DNA from: an uncultured bacterium
GTDB lineage: Bacteria; Fidelibacterota; Marinisomatia; SCGC-AAA003-L08; D37C17
DNA: 36,203 bases
Assembly: GCA_964552145.1 (NCBI GenBank)
Contig: CAZKFO010000003.1
Span: 1 to 36,203 of the forward strand
Reading direction: 5' to 3'
Under the pieces are notes generated by a model that saw only the letters and a list, made by a program, of their open reading frames with translations, was not told the origin of the DNA and did not search any database. This document shows, one piece after another, positions 8,140-19,101 of the stretch. Numbering within the stretch: position 1 is the stretch's first letter; the number at the start of each line of letters is the position of its first letter. The position numbers and the translations under genes are program-made.

Positions 8140-9157
8140 TAGAATATGAATAGCCTATAAAAGTACCAAAATTAGATGGAATGACTAATTCAAAACTGCC
8201 GATAGCACCAGGTTCAATACTAGAATCTGATTCAATTTGAGAATCAGGCAACACCTGTTTAGATCCCTTGGCAAAAGCGGTTAAAGATTGTGTTTTTCCT
8301 TGCCAGTTCATTCTAAAAACAAAATTAATTTTCACAAAGTCAGCTCGTGCTTCACCTGTGTTTTTAATGTCTCCTCTAAAAATTCTATTTCCCCTAAAAT
8401 CAACTTCTTCTGAAACGTCACCTAATAAAATGGCATTGGCTAGAAGCTTTTTTGCTGTAATTGGTATTTTAGAACCATATTCTTGAATTTCGACAATGTT
8501 CTTTTTTCTAATATCGTCATCACTCATTGTGCTATCTGCGATGTGAGTAATATTTTCCACCACTCTTTTAATGGTGCTTCTTTGAATTGTTAGTTCTCCA
8601 ATTAGAGTTTCAACATATAAAATATCTTGATCTTGATAAACAATTTTTCCATATACGGTTGACCCATTGTTTAAAATGATTTCTTTGTTGTAGATAGAAA
8701 AAGGATTTTCCCAAATTTGTGATTTGGCCTTGAGGGTATATACCTCATCTGTTACGCTTTCAAGTTCTGATTTTAATTTGGTTATTTGATCTTGAAAGTT
8801 CGCTACAACATCTGAGTATGCATCCACCCTGTCATTTGTTGAAAACTCTGATTCATAAGTTAGATTTTCATTGTTATACATATTGTCATCTAATGGATTA
8901 AGTGTGTTGTTTGTAAATATGCTGTCGTTTTCCCAAACCGCATCGTCAATCCAAATATCGCTTGAATCCATTGCAAAGTCACCATTAGTAAAAAGCGAAT
9001 CGCTTGTAAACAAAGAGTCATCTAAAAAGAATGATTCTTCAGATTTATCAATATCAATGTTTTTATCATTTTTTTTAAAAAGTGATGATACTTTTCCACC
9101 ACAGCTTGTTGCAATAAAAAATACTATCGATAGTAATATTGATTTATATTTAAACAT
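8114..9157 (-). CDS. Probable lipoprotein (first gene of the operon)
   Basis: Signal peptide ending IATSC (Cys19), then an acidic D/S/F/N-rich low-complexity linker and a short coiled coil. A beta-rich C-terminal half follows (GKIVYQDQDILYVETLIGELTIQ; ARADFVKINFVFRMNW). No family recognised. Confidence 0.5.
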   Translation of the reverse strand: MFKYKSILLSIVFFIATSCGGKVSSLFKKNDKNIDIDKSEESFFLDDSLFTSDSLFTNGDFAMDSSDIWIDDAVWENDSIFTNNTLNPLDDNMYNNENLTYESEFSTNDRVDAYSDVVANFQDQITKLKSELESVTDEVYTLKAKSQIWENPFSIYNKEIILNNGSTVYGKIVYQDQDILYVETLIGELTIQRSTIKRVVENITHIADSTMSDDDIRKKNIVEIQEYGSKIPITAKKLLANAILLGDVSEEVDFRGNRIFRGDIKNTGEARADFVKINFVFRMNWQGKTQSLTAFAKGSKQVLPDSQIESDSSIEPGAIGSFELVIPSNFGTFIGYSYSIDWEQYDD

Positions 9158-9359
9158 GTTTTACCCTTGTTCTGCCTAATTTATTTGTACTAATAAGTAT
9201 AAAGCCTATGAAAATATTAATAATGTAGAACTATTACCAACAATTTTATGATTTTTACTTGTAGATATTTGTAATAATAACACAATATATAGTATTATAA
9301 AATACTTTATTATATTGCTCCAACCAATATCTTGGTATTAATTTACTCAGACTAATAGA

Positions 9360-9731
9360 ATGGGTAATTTTTTGAAGCTAGAAATTTTAAAGTCAAAAAT
9401 ACATCGCGCGACCGTTACTGATGCAAATTTAAATTATATTGGATCTATTACATTAGATGAAAATCTTATGGAATTAGCAAATTTACATGAATTTGAAAAG
9501 GTACAAATATTAAATATCACTAATGGAAATCGATTAGAAACATATGTTATAAAGGGTGAGCGTGGTTCCGGTGAGGTTTGTATTAATGGTGCTGCAGCAC
9601 ATCTCGTTAATAAAAATGATTTAGTGATTATTGTGGCTTTCTGTACGCTTTCACAAGATGAACTATTAAGTTTTTCTCCAAAAATTATACATGTTAACTC
9701 TAAAAACAAACCTTTGAATAAAACGCTATGA
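9360..9731 (+). CDS. panD: Aspartate 1-decarboxylase proenzyme
   Basis: KSKIHRATVTDANLNYIGSITLD carries the Gly-Ser self-processing site. EKVQILNITNGNRLETYVI and INGAAAH are also present. Length is 123 aa. Confidence 0.92.
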   Translation: MGNFLKLEILKSKIHRATVTDANLNYIGSITLDENLMELANLHEFEKVQILNITNGNRLETYVIKGERGSGEVCINGAAAHLVNKNDLVIIVAFCTLSQDELLSFSPKIIHVNSKNKPLNKTL

Positions 9732-10558
9732 ACACCATTACCGTTGATACAATTAAATCATTTAAAAATTCAAGAAAATGTTTTTCAGCTATCACTGCAT
9801 ATGATTATAGTTCTGCCCAAATTATTGATAGTGCAAATGTGCCTATGATTTTAGTGGGAGACAGCGCATCGATGGTCAGCTATGGGTATTCCACCACAAT
9901 TCCAATTTCTATGGATGAAATAATTTTGGTAACTAGGGCTGTATGCCGTGGTGTAAAAAATGCATTGGTGGTTGGAGACATGCCTTTTCTAAGTTATCAA
10001 GCCTCTGTGGCATCAGCTATTAAAAATGCTGGTTTATTATTAAAAAAGGGTGGTGTGGGAGCTGTTAAATTAGAGGGTGGTTGCGAAATTCTTCCTCAGG
10101 TAAAAAAAATTGTCTCAGTTGGTATTCCCGTTGTTGGTCATGTGGGTTTAACACCACAGTCAGTAAATGTCTTGTCGGGTTATGGTGTTCAAGGGAAAAA
10201 CATAAAATCAGCTCAAAAAATTCTTGATGATGCAAGGGCTTTAGAGGCCGCTGGGGTTTTTTCAATTGTTTTAGAGTGTATTCCAACTCAGTTAGCCAAA
10301 CATATTACAGGGCAACTATCAATTCCAACGATTGGCATTGGTTCTGGGGTTGAGTGTGATGGGCAAATTCAAGTATACAATGATGTTTTAGGTCTTTCTA
10401 CTAATTTCAATCCAAAACATGCAAAAAAATATTTAAATTTAAATAAAGATATTCAGGGTGCAATTAATAAATATAGAGTTGAGGTTGGCAAAAAACAATT
10501 CCCTTCCAAGCAGCATTCTTTTGCATATAAAAAAAACATTATAGATCAATTAAAATAA
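9728..10558 (+). CDS. panB: 3-methyl-2-oxobutanoate hydroxymethyltransferase
   Basis: Motifs ITAYDYSSAQI, ILVGDSASMVSYGY, VVGDMPFLSY and VKLEGG. It overlaps the panD stop by 4 nt. Confidence 0.92.
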   Translation: MNTITVDTIKSFKNSRKCFSAITAYDYSSAQIIDSANVPMILVGDSASMVSYGYSTTIPISMDEIILVTRAVCRGVKNALVVGDMPFLSYQASVASAIKNAGLLLKKGGVGAVKLEGGCEILPQVKKIVSVGIPVVGHVGLTPQSVNVLSGYGVQGKNIKSAQKILDDARALEAAGVFSIVLECIPTQLAKHITGQLSIPTIGIGSGVECDGQIQVYNDVLGLSTNFNPKHAKKYLNLNKDIQGAINKYRVEVGKKQFPSKQHSFAYKKNIIDQLK

Positions 10559-11428
10559 ATGGTAGTTATCAAATCTACGAACGAACTGCTAGCTTGGAGA
10601 AATCAAGTTAACAGAAATCACGTTGTTGGTTTTGTTCCAACGATGGGTGGTTTGCATGACGGACACTTGTCGTTGGTTAAAAATTCTATTTCTAATTCAC
10701 ATATAACAATTATTAGTATTTTTGTTAATCCCAAGCAGTTTTCTGAAAATGAAGACTTTGATACATATCCTCGTAATTTAGAAAAAGACTTAAATAAATT
10801 AAATGGACTTGGGGTGGATGTTGTTTTTGCGCCTAAGTATGAAGATATATATAATGAAAACGTCGAAGCTTTTTCTTTTAAAAATCCACTTGCAACTATT
10901 TTAGAAGGTCGGGCCCGACCTCTTTTTTTTTCCGGGGTTATTAATGTTGTTTCAAGGTTGTTTAATATTGTCAATCCAGATGTTGCTTATTTTGGGAAAA
11001 AAGATGCCCAGCAATTGTTGCTTATAGAAAAATTAGTTCAACTGGGGGGTTTTTCTATTAAAATTGTAAGAGGGGAAACTGTTCGAGAAGACAACGGATT
11101 AGCAATGAGCTCTCGAAATCAATATTTATCTGCTAATGCTAAAGAAATTGCTTCGTGCCTTAATCTTAGTTTGCTTTCTGCAAAAAATATTTTAAGAAAT
11201 GGTGAAACCAATGTAAATAAAATTAAAAAAGAAATGTATGATGTTATAGGTAAAGAAAAAAATATTGTTGTTGATTATATCTCAATATTGTGCCTTGATA
11301 ATTGGGTGGAGGTTGAGGGGGTGGTTGAGGGGCCAGTATTAATTTCTCTTGCTGCTGTGTTAGAGGGTGTGCGCTTAATAGATAATGTTTTTTATGATTC
11401 TATGTCTAGGCCGATATCTACGCTTTGA
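10559..11428 (+). CDS. panC: Pantoate--beta-alanine ligase
   Basis: Motifs VGFVPTMGGLHDGHLSLV, FVNPKQF, AYFGKKDAQQL, GLAMSSRN and RLIDN. It starts at the nt after the panB stop. Confidence 0.92.
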   Translation: MVVIKSTNELLAWRNQVNRNHVVGFVPTMGGLHDGHLSLVKNSISNSHITIISIFVNPKQFSENEDFDTYPRNLEKDLNKLNGLGVDVVFAPKYEDIYNENVEAFSFKNPLATILEGRARPLFFSGVINVVSRLFNIVNPDVAYFGKKDAQQLLLIEKLVQLGGFSIKIVRGETVREDNGLAMSSRNQYLSANAKEIASCLNLSLLSAKNILRNGETNVNKIKKEMYDVIGKEKNIVVDYISILCLDNWVEVEGVVEGPVLISLAAVLEGVRLIDNVFYDSMSRPISTL

Positions 11429-12252
11429 CTTTGATGTGTAAGCGCTCCAATTGATATGCCGTTAACCCCATCTATATTATATTTTAATATGTTTTTGAGC
11501 GTTATTCCCCCAGAAACTTCAATGAAGATTTTACTATGATTTTTTTTCAGTCTATTAATTTTTTTAATACATTGTTTTATTTCTGGTGGGTCCATGTTGT
11601 CTAATAAAAATGCATCTACAAGCTCCGTGTTGCTGTGTGTGATTTGTTCAACGTTATCAATTTCTATTTGAATGGGTGTTTTGTTTTTTAATTTTTTTAA
11701 TTTTATAAGGACTTTGTCTACGTTTTCCTGAAGGTGGTTATCTTTTATCATAACTCCAGAAGACAAATCTAACCTATGGTTACACCCTCCTCCCTGATAC
11801 ACTGCATATTTTTCAAAAATTCTAAGCCCGGGTGTTGTTTTTCTTGTATCTAATATTTTAATATTTTTGTTATTAATTTTCTCTACATATCTATTTGTAT
11901 TGGTTGCTATGCCAGATAGGTGTTGAATCATGTTTAACACGAGTCTTTCTTTTGTTAAAATTTCTCTTTTGTTTCCATATATGTGTGCAATGTTTGTGTT
12001 TGGTTTTAGCTTATCTCCTTCTTTGACGCTCATTGTGGTTTTAACGGCTTTAGAAAATATGTTTTTAAGGATTGTTGACCCACAAAAAACAATTTCCTCC
12101 CGCGTCCGCACAACATATTTTCCTTTGTCTGTTTTTGGGATAACCGTAAGAGTTGTTAGGTCTCCCGCGGGGATATCTTCTTTCAAAAGCTTGGAAAGTG
12201 TTTTTTTGACAAAATCTTTATTTATTTTATTTATTTGTTTATATAACAGCAT
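11392..12252 (-). CDS. nadC: Nicotinate-nucleotide pyrophosphorylase (carboxylating)
   Basis: Motifs DIPAGDLTT, DTRKTTPGLRIFEKYAVYQGGGCNHRLDLS, IKDNH and ISIGALTH. Confidence 0.9.
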   Translation of the reverse strand: MLLYKQINKINKDFVKKTLSKLLKEDIPAGDLTTLTVIPKTDKGKYVVRTREEIVFCGSTILKNIFSKAVKTTMSVKEGDKLKPNTNIAHIYGNKREILTKERLVLNMIQHLSGIATNTNRYVEKINNKNIKILDTRKTTPGLRIFEKYAVYQGGGCNHRLDLSSGVMIKDNHLQENVDKVLIKLKKLKNKTPIQIEIDNVEQITHSNTELVDAFLLDNMDPPEIKQCIKKINRLKKNHSKIFIEVSGGITLKNILKYNIDGVNGISIGALTHQSQSVDIGLDIES

Positions 12253-12282
12253 TTTTCTAAATCTTTCTTTGTCTTTATAATA

Positions 12283-12714
12283 TTAACTAATTCTATTTAT
12301 TAAAAACCCTTTAATTGTACAGTCTCGTAAGGCTTTTGCTGTTATAGCAATTTGACACATATAGGTTGATGGATATTTGTGGTCTTTTTTATTTTTTTCA
12401 AAAGATTTCCCTAAACATGTTGTTGTTATGCCCTTGTAACCACTATATAGTTTTGAAATATCAAAAAACTGTTCGTGGAGTTTGTCTTGGTTTCCAATTA
12501 GTGGGTTTCCTCCTGTTTTATTTATGTGGTCCTTAATCTCTATAATTTCATCTTGTTTGTGCTTTGGGTTATATGTTTGATCATATATGTTTATTTGGTC
12601 AAACGGTATTTGTTTTATTTTATTAAATATGTTTATGCTCGTTTCACAGTTTATATATATTGCATTTTTTACATAAACCTTATTGTTGTTAAATAAAATA
12701 ATGTTTTTTATCAT
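12283..12714 (-). CDS. Short, degenerate purine-nucleoside-phosphorylase (PNP/MTAP family)-like protein
   Basis: KDHINKTGGNPLIGNQDKLHEQFFDISKLY resembles the PNP motif DHIN..g.NPL.G.nd..g.rF.dms..Y. The protein is only about 143 aa and lacks the N-terminal half. I chose the ATG at 12714, which forms an ATGA overlap with the yggS stop, rather than the ORF-track start at 12765. Confidence 0.35.
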   Translation of the reverse strand: MIKNIILFNNNKVYVKNAIYINCETSINIFNKIKQIPFDQINIYDQTYNPKHKQDEIIEIKDHINKTGGNPLIGNQDKLHEQFFDISKLYSGYKGITTTCLGKSFEKNKKDHKYPSTYMCQIAITAKALRDCTIKGFLINRIS

Positions 12715-13298
12715 TTTCTGTTTCCAAAAATTTTTGATCCTATCCTTATTAGTGTTGATCCACACTCAATTGCCTCTTGGTAGTCGTTGCTCATCCCCAT
12801 TGATAGTTCAAGGGGTGTATTATACTTTCTGCTTAATGTGTCTCTTAGTGTTTTTGTTTTAATAAATAATCTTTTTCTATCTTTTTTTGTTTTGTTTAAT
12901 GGTAGAATTGTCATGATTCCTTCAAGTTTTATGTTAGAAAGGTTAATTATTTTTGGTGTTTCTTTTATTAATTCTTTTTCTGAAAACCCTGTTTTGTTTG
13001 AGTCTTTTCCTATATTAATTTGACAGTATATTCTTTGTTTTTTGTTGACTTCTTTTGCTTTTTTGTTGATTTTTTCTGCGAGTTTATATGAATCTATCGT
13101 TTGTATAACGTGAAATAATTTAATGGCTTTCTTTATTTTGTTGCTTTGTAGGTGTCCAATAAGATGAAGTTCTCCCTCTTTAGGAAAAGCATCTTTTTTT
13201 TGTTCTGCTTCTTGTATTTTATTTTCCCCAAAATATAAAACTCCAAGGTTTTTAGCTTTTAAAATTTCTTTATGGGAATGTGTTTTTGTGACCGCCAA
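12711..13298 (-). CDS. yggS: YggS-family pyridoxal-phosphate homeostasis protein (true start probably upstream of 13298)
   Basis: Motifs LLAVTKT (PLP lysine), FGENKIQE, HLIGHLQSNK, LSMGMSNDY and IRIGSKIFG. The in-frame upstream sequence (to 13382) encodes IATTLKNKLSKVYEDIKKISHPNQQVKL, which matches YggS N-termini. See the finding on its start codon. Confidence 0.85.
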   Translation of the reverse strand: MAVTKTHSHKEILKAKNLGVLYFGENKIQEAEQKKDAFPKEGELHLIGHLQSNKIKKAIKLFHVIQTIDSYKLAEKINKKAKEVNKKQRIYCQINIGKDSNKTGFSEKELIKETPKIINLSNIKLEGIMTILPLNKTKKDRKRLFIKTKTLRDTLSRKYNTPLELSMGMSNDYQEAIECGSTLIRIGSKIFGNRK

Positions 13299-13359
13299 TA
13301 GTTTTACTTGTTGATTTGGGTGGGATATTTTTTTAATATCCTCATAAACTTTTGATAGT

Positions 13360-15849
13360 TTATTCTTCAGGGTTGTCGCTATCTTCTCTTGTGGGCTTGG
13401 TGGGCTCTTCTTCCTCTTCCTCTTCTTTTACAACTTTTGCAACAGAAGAAATGGTTGCCCCTTTATCTAATCTTATTAAGCGAACCCCTTGAGTGTTTCT
13501 TCCTATTGTTCTAATTTCGCTTGTTGCCTGCCTAATCATAACGCCTGCGCTTGTTATAATCATAATATCATCCGTTTCTACAACCTCAAGAATGCTTATA
13601 AGTGATCCTGTTTTGGGGGTTTTCTTGAGCGTGTATACGCCTTTTCCAGACCTTTGTTGTATTCTATATTGTTCTGTTTTACTTTTCTTTCCATATCCAT
13701 TTTTAGATGCCACTAATACGTGTCCATCATTTTTAAGCACTAGCATGCCTATAACTTCGTCGTTAGATCCAATTGTTATTCCTTTAACTCCTTTTGTTCT
13801 TCTTCCTGTGGCCCTAACATCTTCTTCTTTAAATCTAATTGATTTTCCATCTCTTGTGGCCATAACAATGTTATCAGACCCATTAGATATTTTTGCCTGT
13901 ATAAGTTCGTCACCCTCTTTTATCTCCATTGCAAAAACACCACCTTTTCGTGGTTTTCCATAAAGAGATAGGGCTGTTCTGTTTATCATGCCATTTTTTG
14001 TGGCCATAATAATATAGTTGGTGTCTAAAAATTCTTTTACTGAAACAAAGGCGTTTACTTTTTCTCCGGTCTCGCAACCAATTAGATTGACAATGGCTCT
14101 GCCTTGTGATGTCCTGCTTGTTTGTGGAATTTGATGAACCTTTAACCAATAACATTTTCCTTTATCGGTAAAAAACAACATTGTGTTGTGTGTTGATGCG
14201 GTAAATAGGTGTTCAACAAAATCGTCGTCTTTTGTTTTTGCCCCCCTCATTCCTTTTCCGCCTCTTCTTTGGGTTTTCCAGGTGTCAGCGGGAAGCCTTT
14301 TTATATATCCATTGTGTGTTATTGTTACAATCATTTCCTCGTCTGCTATCATGTCTTCAAGGCTTAAGTCTCCACTAAATGGAATTATTTCTGTTCTTCT
14401 TTCGTCTCCATGTTTATTTAACACCTCGCCTAATTCTTCTTCTATAATCTCACTTTGTTTTTCATAGCTTTCAAGAATGTGGTTTAAAGATTTAATTAAT
14501 TCTTGTAGGTCGTTGTGCTCCTGAACAACCTTATCTATTTCTAAAGAGGTGAGTTTTTGGAGTCTCATATCTAAAATAGCCTTTGCTTGTTTTTCGCTAA
14601 ATTGATATGTTGATATTAAAGATCCTTTTGCTGTTTCTGGGTTTGATGACCCTCTAATTATTTTTATTATATTATCAATATTTTCTAGGGCTCTTTTTAG
14701 CCCTTCTAATATATGTGCTCTAGCCTCTGCTTCTTTTAACTCAAAAGTTGTTCTTTTTATAATTACTTCTCTTCTAAATTCTAAGAAATGTCCTAAAACT
14801 TCTTTAAGGTTCATTATTTTAGGGACTCCACCAACAAGGGCCAACATAATAACCCCAAAAGTGTCTTGAAGTTGAGTAAATTTATATAGGTTGTTTAAAA
14901 TAATTTCTGCAATAGCATCTCTTTTGCATTCTACCACAACCCTATTTCCATCTTTATCCGACTCATCTCTTAGATCTGATATTCCTTCAAGTTTTTTGTC
15001 TCTAACAAGGTCGGCTATTTTTTCAATCAAGCTAGCCTTGTTTACTTGGTATGGAAGCTCTGTTATTATAATTCTTTGTTTTCCTTTTTCATCTTCTTCA
15101 ATGTTTGCTTTTCCTCTCATTACAATTCGGCCGCGCCCTGTTTTATATGCGTTATTAATTCCATCGCTGCCCATTATAAATCCAGCCGTTGGAAAGTCTG
15201 GTCCAGAAACATGGTTTTCTATTAATTCTTCAATAGAAATGTTTGGGTTTTGTAATAATGCGATTAAACCTGTAACTAATTCTTTAAGGTTGTGTGGTGG
15301 GATTTTTGTTGCCATTCCCACAGCTATTCCCTCTGACCCATTCATAAGAAGGTTTGGTATTTGTGTTGGAAAAACTGTCGGCTCCTCAAGGCTGTCATCA
15401 AAGTTTGGAATAAAGTCGACTGTTTCTTTGTCAAGGTCTTGTAGCATCTCTGCTGCGACTCTATCCATTCTTGCTTCAGTGTATCTCATTGCCGCGGCAT
15501 TATCTCCATCAACCGAACCAAAGTTTCCTTGCCCATCTATTAGTGGATATCTTAAAGACCATTCTTGTGCCATTCGAACCAGAGAATCATAAATAGATTG
15601 ATCCCCATGAGGGTGATATTTTCCCAAAACATCTCCAACAATACGTGCGCTTTTTTTGTGTTTTCTATTCCAAGTTGCGCCTTGCTCTAAAGCCCCATAA
15701 AGCACTCTTCTATGTACTGGTTTTAAGCCGTCTCTAACATCAGGAAGCGCCCTACTGCATATTACTGACATAGAATAGGTTAAATATGATTCTGACATTT
15801 CTTCAACAATGTCTCTGTTTTGAATTGTTTGTGGTTGTTCTTCTCTCAT
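13360..15849 (-). CDS. gyrA: DNA gyrase subunit A
   Basis: Motifs RALPDVRDGLKPVHRRVLY, KYHPHGD and AAMRYTEARM (catalytic Tyr). C-terminal beta-pinwheel repeats and an acidic tail (EEEEEEEP) are present. Length is 829 aa. Confidence 0.97.
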   Translation of the reverse strand: MREEQPQTIQNRDIVEEMSESYLTYSMSVICSRALPDVRDGLKPVHRRVLYGALEQGATWNRKHKKSARIVGDVLGKYHPHGDQSIYDSLVRMAQEWSLRYPLIDGQGNFGSVDGDNAAAMRYTEARMDRVAAEMLQDLDKETVDFIPNFDDSLEEPTVFPTQIPNLLMNGSEGIAVGMATKIPPHNLKELVTGLIALLQNPNISIEELIENHVSGPDFPTAGFIMGSDGINNAYKTGRGRIVMRGKANIEEDEKGKQRIIITELPYQVNKASLIEKIADLVRDKKLEGISDLRDESDKDGNRVVVECKRDAIAEIILNNLYKFTQLQDTFGVIMLALVGGVPKIMNLKEVLGHFLEFRREVIIKRTTFELKEAEARAHILEGLKRALENIDNIIKIIRGSSNPETAKGSLISTYQFSEKQAKAILDMRLQKLTSLEIDKVVQEHNDLQELIKSLNHILESYEKQSEIIEEELGEVLNKHGDERRTEIIPFSGDLSLEDMIADEEMIVTITHNGYIKRLPADTWKTQRRGGKGMRGAKTKDDDFVEHLFTASTHNTMLFFTDKGKCYWLKVHQIPQTSRTSQGRAIVNLIGCETGEKVNAFVSVKEFLDTNYIIMATKNGMINRTALSLYGKPRKGGVFAMEIKEGDELIQAKISNGSDNIVMATRDGKSIRFKEEDVRATGRRTKGVKGITIGSNDEVIGMLVLKNDGHVLVASKNGYGKKSKTEQYRIQQRSGKGVYTLKKTPKTGSLISILEVVETDDIMIITSAGVMIRQATSEIRTIGRNTQGVRLIRLDKGATISSVAKVVKEEEEEEEPTKPTREDSDNPEE

Positions 15850-15851
15850 TT

Positions 15852-18054
<2,203 letters not shown>

Positions 18055-18064
<10 letters not shown>

Positions 18065-19101
18065 TTTATAATTTTTATTTTTTTGTTTTCTTCTTCAAAC
18101 ATACCTTTTATGGTGTTTGTGTTTGTTTGTGTTGTTGTTATTATTGTTTGAAATTTACAATGAAAATATACAAAAATTTTCATGATATTTTTATTGTCAA
18201 GTTTGTCAAAAAAATCATCCAACAAAAGGATTGGATTCTTTTTTGTTTTTTGTTTTATAAGGTTCGCTTCGGCTAGTTTTAAAATATGTTTAAATAGTTT
18301 TTTTTCTCCTTGAGATCCGTGTTCTTGTAGGTTTTGTTTTTTATTTTTAAATACTATAGTGTCTGCTTGTGGTCCAAATCGTGTTTTTTCTTGGTTTTCA
18401 ATTTCTTTTAGTTTCTTTGTATATGTTGTTTTGTTGTTGTTGTTGTTGTTGTTAATATATTTAATGTTATATCCTTCTACTTTTATTTCTTTTTGAACTT
18501 TTTTAAATAGTTCTATTATTTCTGTTATTCTTTTTTCTCTTCTTTCCCAAATAGAAATTCCTCTTCTTGCTATTTGTTCATCCCAGGCGGCTGTTTCTTT
18601 TTTCTGTTCTAAAAGGGTGTTTCTATAAATAAGAAGTTTGTTATATTCTTTTACATCTTTGATGTGTTTTTTTTCTATTTTAAAAATTATTTTGTCAAAA
18701 TATTTCATTTTGTCACTTTTATAGCATTCTACTATATCTGTTTCTTCTGGAGACATACAAACCATTGGATTTTCAATTAAAAGTTCTGATGTTTTTTTTA
18801 TTTTTTGATTATTTTTTGTTATTTTTTTTTTGTTCTTTTCTATTTCTATTTTTATTTTTTGTTCTTTTTTTTCCTGTATAAAAAACCCTTGGGCTTGAAG
18901 TTTTTTTGTTCCTTCTTTTAGAATAGCTTTGTTTTGTTTTTTTCTAAAACTTTTTGCTGTAGATAATAAAAAGAGGGTTTCTAAAATTGTGGTTTTTCCA
19001 GCGCCGTTTTCGCCTATTATTATGTTTGTTTCAGGTATAAAATTATAATGTGCTTCTGATGTTTTTCTTATGTTTAAAAAAGAAATTTTTTTTATAGCCA
19101 T
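18055..19101 (-). CDS. recF: DNA replication and repair protein RecF
   Basis: Walker A GENGAGKTTILE, signature GSQGEKKLF and Walker B ILLLDDFFDKLD. The protein is very Lys/Asn-rich. Its start overlaps the dnaN stop (TAATG). Confidence 0.85.
18433..18453. repeat. (GTT)7 trinucleotide microsatellite inside recF, encoding Asn7 on the minus strand
   Basis: Seven perfect gtt units were read directly at 18433-18453. Two more units lie just upstream, separated by tt. Confidence 0.95.

Noticed and set aside
9158-9359. A tRNA, sRNA or regulatory palindrome in the divergent intergenic region, including ACCAA-tatc-TTGGT at 9323-9336.
   Set aside because: The region is very AT-rich with no cloverleaf-capable segments. 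The palindrome has only 5-bp arms and could be chance. It probably just holds the divergent promoters.
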